This document shows, in pieces, positions 1-9,909 of a stretch of 64,000 nucleotides of DNA. Each line of letters begins with the position of its first letter. Within the stretch, counting starts at the first letter, position 1. Under the pieces are notes generated by a model, which was given only the letters and a program-made list of their open reading frames with translations, was not told the origin of the DNA and did no database searches. Source of the stretch: Candidatus Hikarchaeum yamanae (lineage in GTDB: Archaea > Halobacteriota > Halobacteria > Halobacteriales > Hikarchaeaceae); NCBI GenBank assembly GCA_009889635.1, contig WTZQ01000002.1:167729-231728 (forward strand), given 5' to 3'. The position numbers were made by a program, and so were the translations under genes.

Positions 1-707
1 TACTCTCCCTCCGAATCCAGTTTAAGCGACATAAATACCAGTGTAGCCAACTCTAGACCTCTGTATACTACTTCGAAAGCAGGCCCGGCATTTCCACCAC
101 CCACCCATGGATCTTCTATGTATACTACTTCCTGTAGATCTGCACCCATTTCCTTTAAAAATTCATCACAATATCTAACCGTCTCATCCTTCCAATAAAT
201 TTTCCCACTATATGCCAACTCATCTGGTCCTCCCTCCCGCACATTAAACGCATGATGAGCCAACATCTCAAAAGCTATCGTATGCCGGCCCGTCCGGCCA
301 ACATTGTCGATATCTTGCATCCTTATGCACGGCTGACTTATTGTCAATGGATTTGCAGGAGGTGGAACTTCTCCTGAAGTGACGAGAGGTTGGAAATCAT
401 ATATGGAAGCCTGAGTTAGCAATACATCATCTCTCCATCTGTTAGCTGCAACAGGATATGGATCAATTCTCGTATGATCATTCTCTTCAAAGAATGAGAG
501 GAATTTCTCCCGCATTTCATCTACTGTGTATTTCTTATTAAACCCCGGATTCCCGATAAAACTATACTCTTCACATGGGGATTCCCCACATTTATGCCTA
601 GATTCATTTCTTGTCCAAAAGAATACCCCACAACCTTTGCATTCTCTTCGAAAAAATCCCTCATTTTCAAAATAATCAAGGAAGTATTCTTTCTCCAAAT
701 CACTCAT
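1..707 (-). CDS. alaS: alanyl-tRNA synthetase, N-terminal ~235 codons (rest of gene lies beyond the window start)
   Basis: Absent from ORF track because it is edge-truncated. Manual reverse translation from ATG (complement of 705-707) gives [56 protein letters not shown]...[29 protein letters not shown]...[15 protein letters not shown]. This is the archaeal AlaRS N-terminal pattern. The frame is open to position 1. Confidence 0.85.
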   Translation of the reverse strand, partial: MSDLEKEYFLDYFENEGFFRRECKGCGVFFWTRNESRHKCGESPCEEYSFIGNPGFNKKYTVDEMREKFLSFFEENDHTRIDPYPVAANRWRDDVLLTQASIYDFQPLVTSGEVPPPANPLTISQPCIRMQDIDNVGRTGRHTIAFEMLAHHAFNVREGGPDELAYSGKIYWKDETVRYCDEFLKEMGADLQEVVYIEDPWVGGGNAGPAFEVVYRGLELATLVFMSLKLDSEGE

Positions 708-767
708 TGTGGCCGTATCGTGCCTATCCGAACAAAAGGATTTCGGGCTTGGCCACCTTTCTCTCTA

Positions 768-1736
768 CTAACTTTTCATCGATATAGCCGCAAGAAGTGC
801 CTCTAATTGTATTCTCTCACTTGCCCCTTCCGAAATCCTATATTCCGCTTCCCCAATTCTATCAATCATTAGCACTGCATTCTCATTATTCACTTGGAAT
901 TCCCACACCGATCGATATATCTGATCTATTATATCGCCTCCCGAAACTCCACCTTCTATCAGCAATATTTCCAATATTTTTCTGGCTTCTATGAAATCTC
1001 CGCTTAGTGCTTTTTCTACCATCGAATGTATGTCCTCCGGTCTTGCAGATGCGGCTGTCTTATACACTCCATCTTCTTCAACCTCTTCACCTGTTATTGA
1101 AGCAGCCTGAAGTGAATTTATCGCCTTTCTCATGTCCCCTTGGGATACGTATATAATTGCCCCCACTCCCCCCTCTGTAATCGTTATTCCTTCTTCCCCT
1201 GCGATTTCTCTCACCTTCTCTGATATGGCTTCATCCGATAATGGTGGAAATCGAAATACTGCACATCTAGATTGAATTGGATCAATGATTCTATTGGAAT
1301 AATTACATGATAGTATAAACCTAGTATTATGAGAAAATTGTTCCATTGTTCTTCTCAAAGCACTTTGAGCATCTTTGGTTAGTGAATCTGCTTCATCAAG
1401 GAATATGATCTTGTAGTCATATTTCCCAAAAGAAGACCGGGCAAAATTCTTTATTCTATTCCTAACAACGTCAATTCCTCTCTCATCAGATGCATTAAGT
1501 TCAAGAAAATTTTCCTTCCATTTCTCTCCATATATCTCTTGGGCAATAGCGACAGAGCTCGTCGTTTTACCCACCCCCGCGGGACCCGAAAAAAGTAGGT
1601 GCGGTAGGTCTTTTTTCTCAACATAACCTTTTAACCTCGAGGTTATCGCCTCTTGACCAACAATTTGCGATAGTGATCTAGGTCTGTATTTTTCAATCCA
1701 TATCCCCTCCTTCGCAGGTGAGGTAGTATCATCCAT
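768..1736 (-). CDS. rfcA: replication factor C small subunit
   Basis: 322 aa. Walker [10 protein letters not shown], Walker B/DEAD-like [12 protein letters not shown] motif QSRCAVFRF, typical clamp-loader length. Confidence 0.92.
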   Translation of the reverse strand: MDDTTSPAKEGIWIEKYRPRSLSQIVGQEAITSRLKGYVEKKDLPHLLFSGPAGVGKTTSSVAIAQEIYGEKWKENFLELNASDERGIDVVRNRIKNFARSSFGKYDYKIIFLDEADSLTKDAQSALRRTMEQFSHNTRFILSCNYSNRIIDPIQSRCAVFRFPPLSDEAISEKVREIAGEEGITITEGGVGAIIYVSQGDMRKAINSLQAASITGEEVEEDGVYKTAASARPEDIHSMVEKALSGDFIEARKILEILLIEGGVSGGDIIDQIYRSVWEFQVNNENAVLMIDRIGEAEYRISEGASERIQLEALLAAISMKS

Positions 1737-1777
1737 GCTCTCTCGACGTCTTTCCCAATCTTAAACCCCGTGGAAAG

Positions 1778-1813
1778 TCGATACTCTAAAATCAATCGAT
1801 ATTCTAAAAACTA
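1778..1813 (+). repeat. imperfect 18-nt tandem duplication (tcgatactctaaaatcaa / tcgatattctaaaaacta, 15/18 identical) directly upstream of the SAMP-like start
   Basis: Read directly from sequence. Each copy carries a TCTAAAA A/T-rich element. Copy 1 sits about 25-30 nt upstream of GTG 1815, where a TATA box for a leaderless transcript would lie. Confidence 0.5.
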
Positions 1814-1814
1814 T

Positions 1815-2012
1815 GTGAAAGCAACACTTTCAATTGTAGGTGGAGACACCCATGAGTTTGATGTTTCCAACCAGACATATGTCGACTTATTACGAGACAT
1901 AGGCATATCTCCAAATGAAGTTGTAATATTGGTAGATGGGATCCCTATACCTCATGATTCCCCTGTCACTGCTGCTCATTCTAAATTATTAACGGTCCTC
2001 AGTGGGGGTTAA
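1815..2012 (+). CDS. samp2: small archaeal ubiquitin-like modifier protein (SAMP2-like beta-grasp, C-terminal diglycine)
   Basis: The ORF ends ...LLTVLSGG-stop. The 65-aa version from GTG 1815 (KATLSIVGGDTHEFDVSNQTYVDLLRDIGISPNEVVILVDGIPIPHDSP...) matches the length and pattern of haloarchaeal SAMP2/MoaD-ThiS proteins. The ORF-track start at 1770 (80 aa) is the alternative. Adjacent to RFC, as in Haloferax. Confidence 0.75.
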   Translation: MKATLSIVGGDTHEFDVSNQTYVDLLRDIGISPNEVVILVDGIPIPHDSPVTAAHSKLLTVLSGG

Positions 2013-2024
2013 TTCAGTAAACCT

Positions 2025-2429
2025 TTGTCCTGCAACTTACATACTGCTCTTGTGGAATACAGTAGATTCAACATCCGAAGTGCCACCATCCCCGATCTAC
2101 CTTCTGTTATGAATATAATTGATGGATCTATGCTCCAACTAGACTTGAAAATCGTTCAAAGTAGAATCTCTTCTAAAGAAGTTCTAGTAGCAGAGTCCTC
2201 CGAAACGATTCTTGGCATTCTCGTATCTACTGGGAATACTATAGAAGTGATTGCCGTTAGATCCAAGCGCCGTGATCAAGGAATTGGATCCGCTCTCGTG
2301 AAAACTGCCGCTAAGAACTCAAACAAACCTCTCATCGCCGAATTCGATAAGGAATCTCTGCAATTCTACCAAAAATTAGGATTTTCAATTTCATCTAAAA
2401 CAGATGGAAGATACCTAGGATCCTATTAA
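2025..2429 (+). CDS. GNAT family N-acetyltransferase
   Basis: 134 aa. Acetyl-CoA motif A RRDQGIGSALV, C-terminal FYQKLGF. Start ambiguous (TTG 2025 or GTG 2052). 3' end overlaps the convergent pgm by 15 nt. Confidence 0.75.
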   Translation: MSCNLHTALVEYSRFNIRSATIPDLPSVMNIIDGSMLQLDLKIVQSRISSKEVLVAESSETILGILVSTGNTIEVIAVRSKRRDQGIGSALVKTAAKNSNKPLIAEFDKESLQFYQKLGFSISSKTDGRYLGSY

Positions 2430-3794
2430 TTCATTGATCAACTCTTCCCCCGCCCTCACCAATTCTTCAACCCTGTGCTTGCTATTTCCCTCTGTATATA
2501 TGCGCATTTTTGGCTCTGTACCACTAGGTCGTAGGAGAATCCATGATCCATCTACTAATAAAATTTTAACCCCATCGATAGCATTAATCTGTTTTATTTT
2601 AACCCCTGAAAATTCATCCCCCACGACCTGATGAATTTTATTCAGTACTTCTTTTTTCTTTGATTCTTGGCAAACTATATTTTGCGTTAGATTGTGAACT
2701 TCACCATGCCTTTCTAAAATTAAATCCACTCTTTCATCCAATGACCTTTCTACTTCTGCCGAGGCCGCTAACTGAGCAATTAAAATACCATCTTTTTCTC
2801 TAACATGTCCTTTCATAGAAAAACCACCCGAGTCTTCTCCCCCAAATAAGGCCGAGTGAGTTTTCATAGCTTGGGCAACCCATTTAAAACCCACTGGAAC
2901 TTCAACTACTGATTCATCATGGAATTCTGCTATTTTATCAATTAAGTACGTCGTCGAAACCGTTCGAATTGCGGGACCTGTATCTCTTTCAAGTAAATAT
3001 TCATAAAGCACTGCAAATAACAAATTTCCATCAAGACACCCTCTTCGCGGGGTCACAACCGCCACCCGGTCTGCATCCCCATCATTAGCAATTCCAATAT
3101 CTCCTTCTCCACTTTGAATAGACCCAACCAGCAACTCTAGATTTTCGGATTTTGGTTCTGGTGGAGTTCCACCGAATGTAGGATCCAAATAATCTCTTAT
3201 CGATTTAACATTTGCCCCCGATTCTCTAAGGATTTCATCTGTAATCCCCCTTCCACTACCATGCATAGCATCATATACAACCTCCAACCCTTTGAGGTCC
3301 GTTCCAACTAGCCCCTTGACATGTTTGACATATGGCCCCATAAAATCTACCACTTCCACCTTTCCTCCTCCTTTCAGCACGCTGTTTGGATTCATTAAAT
3401 ATTTCTCTAGCTCTGTAGTTACTTCTGGAAGGGCCGGAGCTCCGTCTGCCGGTATGAATTTTATCCCATTATATTCTGGTGGATTGTGGGAAGCAGTTAT
3501 CACAATGGCACCTGCAAGGTCTCTATCCACAACTGTCCACGCAGCCATTGGAGTTGGATAGTCCCTATCTCCGCATATTACATTTTGACCCAATTGAGTC
3601 ATTTTTTCATATAACCCCTTGACAAAAATTGGAGATGATTCCCTGGCGTCATGCACAATTATTATTGGTTTTTTTTCGAGACCGACAGACCTAACATAAG
3701 ACACAATCGCTTCCCCTACTAAATTAACTCTCTCTGCTGTAAAAATATCGAGAGTCGCCCTCCACCCATCTGTCCCAAATTTAATTTGTTCCAT
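2415..3794 (-). CDS. phosphoglucomutase/phosphomannomutase (alpha-D-phosphohexomutase)
   Basis: 459 aa. Active-site loop TASHNPPEYNGIK, metal loop ANDGDADRV, sugar loop GGEDSGG. Confidence 0.9.
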   Translation of the reverse strand: MEQIKFGTDGWRATLDIFTAERVNLVGEAIVSYVRSVGLEKKPIIIVHDARESSPIFVKGLYEKMTQLGQNVICGDRDYPTPMAAWTVVDRDLAGAIVITASHNPPEYNGIKFIPADGAPALPEVTTELEKYLMNPNSVLKGGGKVEVVDFMGPYVKHVKGLVGTDLKGLEVVYDAMHGSGRGITDEILRESGANVKSIRDYLDPTFGGTPPEPKSENLELLVGSIQSGEGDIGIANDGDADRVAVVTPRRGCLDGNLLFAVLYEYLLERDTGPAIRTVSTTYLIDKIAEFHDESVVEVPVGFKWVAQAMKTHSALFGGEDSGGFSMKGHVREKDGILIAQLAASAEVERSLDERVDLILERHGEVHNLTQNIVCQESKKKEVLNKIHQVVGDEFSGVKIKQINAIDGVKILLVDGSWILLRPSGTEPKMRIYTEGNSKHRVEELVRAGEELINELIGS

Positions 3795-4482
3795 GTCGTT
3801 TCACCTCCGACACCAATTCTATAAAATTATCAAACAGTCGCTTAGTTTCGCTTATTTTATGATATGTAACCTTTGTCGATTTTGCTAATATTTTTTCAAT
3901 TTTTGCACGAGGAATAAGTGGGCCTTCTTTTTTAGGTGTAGTATCTTCAATAGTCTTCAAATCATATTCTGGATGAAATTGAACAGTCCATATATTCCCT
4001 TTATTCCATCCTTGTATTCCATATTCATTTTCTGCAATCAGTAGAGATCCAGGTGGGATCTCAACAACCGCATCACCGTGGGTAGAAAACGAGACAAATG
4101 TCTCTGAAATTCCCTCCAAAAGCCTATTTTCCCCTACTCTTTGAATTTCATTATATCCAATTTCAAAGTCACCCATCGATTCTACTTTCCCCCCCAATAC
4201 CACTGCCATAATTTGGTGGCCAAAACAAACACCAAGATGGGGAATTTCTCTTCTAACCGATTCCTCAAGCCATTCCCTTAAATTTCCAATCCATTCATCT
4301 TCCCAATATACAGAAGCACGGGACCCTGTGACAACAATCGCATCAAAATCAAAATTCTGCGGCAAGTCCCCTCTTGTAACATCAAACTCAATAGTTTCTA
4401 CTCCCATTTCTCTCCTAAAGTTCCTACGGGCATGGCCATCGTTATAAGACGCATCCAAAACGGCTACTTGCAATCTTTCCAT
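3781..4482 (-). CDS. class I glutamine amidotransferase domain protein (GuaA-like GATase, stand-alone)
   Basis: 233 aa. Nucleophile elbow GVCFGHQ, catalytic His-Glu region VQFHPEY. Overlaps the pgm start by 14 nt, so probably co-transcribed. Confidence 0.8.
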   Translation of the reverse strand: MERLQVAVLDASYNDGHARRNFRREMGVETIEFDVTRGDLPQNFDFDAIVVTGSRASVYWEDEWIGNLREWLEESVRREIPHLGVCFGHQIMAVVLGGKVESMGDFEIGYNEIQRVGENRLLEGISETFVSFSTHGDAVVEIPPGSLLIAENEYGIQGWNKGNIWTVQFHPEYDLKTIEDTTPKKEGPLIPRAKIEKILAKSTKVTYHKISETKRLFDNFIELVSEVKRHGTN

Positions 4483-4611
4483 TGATCTCTACACCCCAGT
4501 AGCTTTCAATAAATTTATCCATTCCCTTTAAGCAATATTTCTAAAATTCAGATATTCTTTTTATGATCTGGGATCAAAACCGCCTTAAACTAGCCATCCA
4601 TAACCCGGAAT

Positions 4612-5190
4612 ATGGTTGATTTAATGGGTATGGCATTAGGCGTCTTTCTTACAGCTGCCTTTGTAGGTCTTCATTTTTCTAGAGGACAACAATGGCAATC
4701 CAAAGAAGACATAGCCCCATCTATTTTAGCGCAAAGGGCTTTGGCAATTTCTGAGACGACTTTCCCGGAACCAATGAGTAGGGCCGCAGGTGCCATAGTA
4801 ATTGGATCCTCTGTTGCCACCGATTCTTCCACTGAAGATATGGGATCGGAAATCGAAGAATCTTCTAAACATCGACCCCAAGACATCCCAGACAGCGACG
4901 CTAGAGTATTTAAAATTGAGTATGTAAAAGAAGGACTCACGGTCGAAGTCCGAGAAAACCAAACTTTACTTGAAGCTGGAGAGGAACAGGGGTGGGACAT
5001 GCCCTACGCCTGCAGAGAAGGTAGTTGCCTCTCTTGTGCAGGTAAAATCACCAACGGTTCTGCAGCGGAGTTGGCCTTCCACGATGATCAAGAAATGATA
5101 TCTCAAGACGAACTCAATTCTGGATATTGTCTCACTTGTGTCGCTTATCCAGTATCTAACTTGCGCCTCGAAACCGGCGAATCCCCTTAG
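4612..5190 (+). CDS. plant-type [2Fe-2S] ferredoxin with N-terminal hydrophobic segment and acidic/Ser-rich linker
   Basis: The C-terminal ~95 aa carry the CREGSCLSCAGK...CLTCV cluster-binding pattern (C-x4-C-x2-C...C). The N-terminus GMALGVFLTAAFVGLHF looks like one TM helix. An internal Met (4774) is an alternative start. Confidence 0.8.
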   Translation: MVDLMGMALGVFLTAAFVGLHFSRGQQWQSKEDIAPSILAQRALAISETTFPEPMSRAAGAIVIGSSVATDSSTEDMGSEIEESSKHRPQDIPDSDARVFKIEYVKEGLTVEVRENQTLLEAGEEQGWDMPYACREGSCLSCAGKITNGSAAELAFHDDQEMISQDELNSGYCLTCVAYPVSNLRLETGESP

Positions 5191-5249
5191 ATCTATCCTC
5201 ATAGAAACGAGTAATCATCCTTAAGTTCACTTGTCCACAAAGACGACAC

Positions 5250-6275
5250 ATGAAAATTGGAGTCATAGGACTCGGTAGAATGGGTGAGTATATGTCCCGT
5301 AGATTGCGCAACAATGACCATGAAGTTTGGGGATACCGACGAAATGTCGAAGCAGCCAAGAAGCTCTTCGAAGACGATGCTCTAGATGGTTATGCGAATG
5401 ATATTGAAACACTGGTAAGCTCGGTTCACGACACAACCGATTCAAAAAGTGTTTTCCTCATGGTTATTCCCGCAGGATCTGTCGACGATACCCTATCTGA
5501 ACTTCTCCTTCACGTACGTCCTGGGGATATCATCATCGATCATGGAAATAGTAATTTTAAACACAGTCGGGACCGGGGAATCCGCCTAGCGGATCAAAAT
5601 ATTGGCTATATCGATTGCGGCACTTCTGGCGGTGTTTGGGGATTAGATCGTGGGTATTGCCTTATGATAGGAGGGACTGACGAAGACATAAATTATTGTA
5701 GACCAATTTTCGATGCTCTTTCACCTGATATAAATTCCATCGATAGAACCCAACCCGATTCTACTATCACCCCTGCAGAGAATGGATGGTTACATTGTGG
5801 TCCCTGGGGCGCGGGACATTTTGTTAAAATGGTTCACAATGGTGTCGAATATGGCATTATGCAATCTTATGCCGAGGGATTCAATATACTCAAATCCGCA
5901 AATAAAGGAAAAGAATATGTTGGCATTGACGCCGAAACAGCACCCATGGAAGATCCTCAAAATTATCAATACGATCTAGACATCGCAGAAGTAGCAGAAT
6001 TATGGCGTCGTGGCAGTGTAGTTGGCTCTTGGCTGCTAGATCTCACCGCAGCCGCCCTCCGGGAATCTCCTGGATTGGATACTTATTCTGGAAGAGTTTC
6101 AGATAGTGGTGAAGGACGTTGGACTATCAATTCTGCAGTTGATTTAGGGGTCCCCGCCCCTGCCCTTTCAGCTGCTTTGTTTGCTAGATTCAATTCTCAG
6201 GGGTCGAGCCCATTCGCCGATAAAATTCTCTCCGCAATGAGATTCATGTTTGGGGGGCACCATGAAAAGAAATAG
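5250..6275 (+). CDS. gnd: 6-phosphogluconate dehydrogenase (decarboxylating), short GntZ/YqeC-like form
   Basis: 341 aa. N-terminal Rossmann MKIGVIGLGRMG, GAGHFVKMVHNGVEYG core typical of 6PGDH. Confidence 0.8.
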   Translation: MKIGVIGLGRMGEYMSRRLRNNDHEVWGYRRNVEAAKKLFEDDALDGYANDIETLVSSVHDTTDSKSVFLMVIPAGSVDDTLSELLLHVRPGDIIIDHGNSNFKHSRDRGIRLADQNIGYIDCGTSGGVWGLDRGYCLMIGGTDEDINYCRPIFDALSPDINSIDRTQPDSTITPAENGWLHCGPWGAGHFVKMVHNGVEYGIMQSYAEGFNILKSANKGKEYVGIDAETAPMEDPQNYQYDLDIAEVAELWRRGSVVGSWLLDLTAAALRESPGLDTYSGRVSDSGEGRWTINSAVDLGVPAPALSAALFARFNSQGSSPFADKILSAMRFMFGGHHEKK

Positions 6276-6324
6276 AAGAGATTTCCCAATTTACTATTCG
6301 ACGTATTTTTAACAGAAGTTAGAT

Positions 6325-8952
6325 ATGATTGATTTTCCAGAACTTTATAATCCAAAAGAAATCGAACCCAAATGGAGGGACTATTGGTTTGAATCTCAAC
6401 TATATAGCTACGAAGACACTGGGGCAGAAGACTACGTAATTGATACTCCTCCTCCTTATCCTACCGGAAATTTCCATATTGGAAACTCACTTGGTTGGTG
6501 TTATATGGATTTCGCAGCTCGCTACCGTCGGCTTCAGGGCTACGATGTTTTATTTCCTCAAGGCTGGGACTGCCACGGATTGCCCACAGAAGTTAAAGTG
6601 GAAGAGAAAAATAGTATTCACCGCACTGATATCCCCCGAGATGTCTTCCGAAAAATGTGTTCTGACTACACCGAAAAACAAATACAATCTATGAAACAGG
6701 TCATGTTGGATCTAGGATTTTCTCAAGATTGGAACTACGAATTTAGAACCATGGACCCCCACTTCTGGGGAACAACTCAATTATCTTTTCTTAAAATGCA
6801 TTCCCAAGGGCATATTTATCGAAGTGAACACCCTGTAAATTGGTGTCCTAGATGTGAAACAGCAATCGCGGACGCCGAAGTAGAAACCCTAGATCGAGAA
6901 GCGAGCCTTCACTATTTAAAATTCTCCGGAACTGAAGGAAATGATATTCAAATAGCTACCACTCGCCCCGAATTATTAGCAGCATGCGTTGCTATCGCTG
7001 TCAACCCCACTGATTCTCGTTATTCCTGGGCACTTGAAAAGTCATTCAAAGTGCCGCTATTTGAACACGAAGTTCATCTATTCGCAGATGACTCAGTCGA
7101 TCCCGAATTTGGCACCGGCGCTGTTATGATCTGTACTTTTGGAGATAAACAAGATGTCGCCTGGTGGGCTGAGTATAATCTGCCACTCCGAGACGTCTTC
7201 ACAGAGGATGGCCATCTCGGAGAACTAGCTGGGGATTATGCTGGATTGACAATCGATGAAGCAAAAAGTGCAATTGTAACTTCCTTATCTGAACAAAAAT
7301 ATTTAGCCAAAAGTGAAAACACAGACCAATCCGTTGGTGTCTGTTGGCGTTGTGACACGCCCATTGAAATTTTAAGCCGCGAGCAGTGGTTTGTAAAGGT
7401 AGACTCTAAAGATATACTCAAAAAAGCCGAGTCTGTAGATTGGATTCCTGCACACATGTTCCTTCGATTAAAAGAATGGACGGAAAGTATGGATTGGGAT
7501 TGGGTTATTAGCCGTCAGCGTGTATTTGCCACACCCATTCCTGCCTGGTTTTGTTCTTCCTGTGAGTACATAGCAATTGCACAAGAAGATGAATTGCCAA
7601 TAGATCCCACTGAAACCAATCCTTCTATTGGAACTTGTCCCAATTGTGGTTCTTCCACTTGGTCACCCGAAACAGACGTGATGGATACATGGATGGATTC
7701 TTCAATAACTCCCTTATATGTTCGTGGATGGCCCGAAAATACCTTTACTCCCACGTCTCTTCGAGAACAGGGACATGACATCATCCGAACCTGGGCATTT
7801 TATACTATATTGAGAACCGCAGCAATAGTGCAAAAAGAACCCTGGAAAGAAGCCCTAATCAATGGAATGGTTTTTGGAGATGATGGCTATAAAATGTCGA
7901 AATCGAGAAATAATTTTGTCCAACCAAGCGAGGTCATTGAAGAGTATTCCGCAGATGCATTTAGACAGGCAATAGCATTGGGTGGTCATCCTGGAAGTGA
8001 TATCCAATTCCAATGGAAAGAGGTCATTAGCGCATCCCGCTTCTTAACAAAACTATGGAACATCGTCCGTTTTTCATCAACTCACTTTTCCAATGATTTA
8101 CCCTCTTTGGAAAATCCATCATATCGAACTGCTGACTTGTGGTTATTCTCTAAACTAAATTCGTTAGTACTGGAAGTATCGCAAGACATGGATAAATATC
8201 GATTCGATTCCGCATTAAGAAAACTACGAGATTTCATTTGGCACGACCTCGCCGATAATTATATTGAATTAGTTAAAGGCCGTATATACGGCGATCAGAC
8301 TCCCGAAAAATCTGCAGCACTTCATACTCTATATCTCACATTACACGCACTTATTGTAATGCTATCCCCTTTCACCCCTTTCATTTGCGAAGAACTATAT
8401 TCTCGACTTCCTCAGACAACCGACAGTGTCCACACATCACCTTGGCCCACGAACCTCCCTGAATTATCCGATACTACTGATATCAGTTTTTCCGGAGGAC
8501 TCATAATCGACATAGCCCAAAGTATCCGCTCTTGGAAAGCGAATTCTGGAATGGCACTCAACGAAAAAATAAGCACTGTAGAGCTTTACATCCCCGGAAT
8601 AAACCAAATCGATACATTGGATCTGTCTGCTGCCATTAATGCCCCAATCTCTTTAAAATCTGGAAAGCCTGATCTTAATCTTGCACCCTCCGATATCCAA
8701 ATAGACTACAGTTTAATCGGCCCAATTTTCCGTGAAAAATCAGACACCATTGTCTCTGCAATAAAGGAAATGCCCATATCCGATGTAAAACTCCAACTTG
8801 AAACAAATGGAATTCTTAAACTCGAAATAGATGGATCTGAGGTCTCAATAAATCCAGACGCGATCAAAATTATGGAAGAATATCAAACAGACGAAGGAAA
8901 AGAAGTCAATGTACTCACGCTTCCCAATGCCACAATTTTACTTCATCTTTGA
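6325..8952 (+). CDS. valS: valyl-tRNA synthetase (class Ia)
   Basis: 875 aa. HIGH-type motif PTGNFHIGN, KMSKS motif YKMSKS, CP1 editing insertion with WCPRCETAIADAEVE. The length fits archaeal ValRS rather than LeuRS or IleRS. Confidence 0.8.
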   Translation: MIDFPELYNPKEIEPKWRDYWFESQLYSYEDTGAEDYVIDTPPPYPTGNFHIGNSLGWCYMDFAARYRRLQGYDVLFPQGWDCHGLPTEVKVEEKNSIHRTDIPRDVFRKMCSDYTEKQIQSMKQVMLDLGFSQDWNYEFRTMDPHFWGTTQLSFLKMHSQGHIYRSEHPVNWCPRCETAIADAEVETLDREASLHYLKFSGTEGNDIQIATTRPELLAACVAIAVNPTDSRYSWALEKSFKVPLFEHEVHLFADDSVDPEFGTGAVMICTFGDKQDVAWWAEYNLPLRDVFTEDGHLGELAGDYAGLTIDEAKSAIVTSLSEQKYLAKSENTDQSVGVCWRCDTPIEILSREQWFVKVDSKDILKKAESVDWIPAHMFLRLKEWTESMDWDWVISRQRVFATPIPAWFCSSCEYIAIAQEDELPIDPTETNPSIGTCPNCGSSTWSPETDVMDTWMDSSITPLYVRGWPENTFTPTSLREQGHDIIRTWAFYTILRTAAIVQKEPWKEALINGMVFGDDGYKMSKSRNNFVQPSEVIEEYSADAFRQAIALGGHPGSDIQFQWKEVISASRFLTKLWNIVRFSSTHFSNDLPSLENPSYRTADLWLFSKLNSLVLEVSQDMDKYRFDSALRKLRDFIWHDLADNYIELVKGRIYGDQTPEKSAALHTLYLTLHALIVMLSPFTPFICEELYSRLPQTTDSVHTSPWPTNLPELSDTTDISFSGGLIIDIAQSIRSWKANSGMALNEKISTVELYIPGINQIDTLDLSAAINAPISLKSGKPDLNLAPSDIQIDYSLIGPIFREKSDTIVSAIKEMPISDVKLQLETNGILKLEIDGSEVSINPDAIKIMEEYQTDEGKEVNVLTLPNATILLHL

Positions 8953-8975
8953 TTTAAATCAACACATTGGGTGAC

Positions 8976-8982
8976 TTTTTTT
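8976..8982 (+). terminator. oligo-T (T7) archaeal terminator candidate after valS
   Basis: Run of 7 T beginning 24 nt after the valS stop codon, read directly. Confidence 0.4.
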
Positions 8983-9062
8983 CAAACTCCCATAGGATCC
9001 TGTATCTCTCATTTAAGCCAAAACAAGTATATATCTGAAAATCAATAGTCCTTTTACGAAAA

Positions 9063-9884
9063 ATGGATTCTATTTTCAATCGCGATTTGGACTCCACGTT
9101 ACAAACACTTTTTTCTGAAAATATCGGACAAATTTTTTTAATCGGTCCCTCTAAGCGACTAATTACTTCTATAACTAATCTACTATTCACTTCAATTGAC
9201 CCTCCCTCCATTAGAATACTGTCCGATGGGGCCATCATTAAAGAAACGACAAATGATTTTATTACAGCTAGCTATCTATCTGAACTGTCTAGTACTGGAC
9301 TCTTGGAACTCCGAACTGCAGAAACTTTGCCCACGAACGAGCTATTGCTAACTAGCAATTCCCTCATCACTATAATAAACGCCGGAAATTCAACCTTGAC
9401 ACTCACTACCCCTGCCCAACCCATAACCGAAGATGTTTACACCTTCTACAATAATCTGTGGTCTCAATCTATACCTTTCCATATAGCAACTCCTCCCTTC
9501 TCTCTAGTCTTGGATTCGCTTCAGTCCCAATTTGGAACTACTCTCCAATCCGATTTTTCCACCGCTCTTTTCTCTCTCCAAAAACTTCCATCAACCTATG
9601 ACTTTATGGATGAAGTTGCATTGAGTTTACTAATCGCAGCACGCAACCAACTCCTTCTATATGATCTTTCACGCTGGGGCGAAGATATAGGCATTGCAAG
9701 CAGGGCAACTTTTTCACGAACTAAACAACTATTGGAACAACTAAATCTGATTACAACTGAAACGGTTCCGGTTAATGTAGGAAGACCTCGCCTCCGCCTC
9801 CGGCTAACCCACCCCCTGCTCGAGACCTGCCCTCCTGAGAACTTATTAACCACTGCAACCGAATTACTCCCCCGTAATGGATAA
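9063..9884 (+). CDS. conserved haloarchaeal-type winged-helix protein (possibly TbsP/DUF5821-like transcription regulator)
   Basis: 273 aa. The C-terminal segment IASRATFSRTKQLLEQLNLITTETVPVNVGRPRLRLRL looks like an HTH plus wing. The family assignment is from memory only. Lies 25 nt upstream of the YcaO gene on the same strand. Confidence 0.5.
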   Translation: MDSIFNRDLDSTLQTLFSENIGQIFLIGPSKRLITSITNLLFTSIDPPSIRILSDGAIIKETTNDFITASYLSELSSTGLLELRTAETLPTNELLLTSNSLITIINAGNSTLTLTTPAQPITEDVYTFYNNLWSQSIPFHIATPPFSLVLDSLQSQFGTTLQSDFSTALFSLQKLPSTYDFMDEVALSLLIAARNQLLLYDLSRWGEDIGIASRATFSRTKQLLEQLNLITTETVPVNVGRPRLRLRLTHPLLETCPPENLLTTATELLPRNG

Positions 9885-9909
9885 ACATCTGTGATGCACA
9901 AGTTATACC

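Noticed and set aside
9786-9812. The mini-repeat cgcctccgcctccgg.
   Set aside because: It lies inside the winged-helix gene and simply encodes RPRLRLRL in the wing. It is not a structural repeat.
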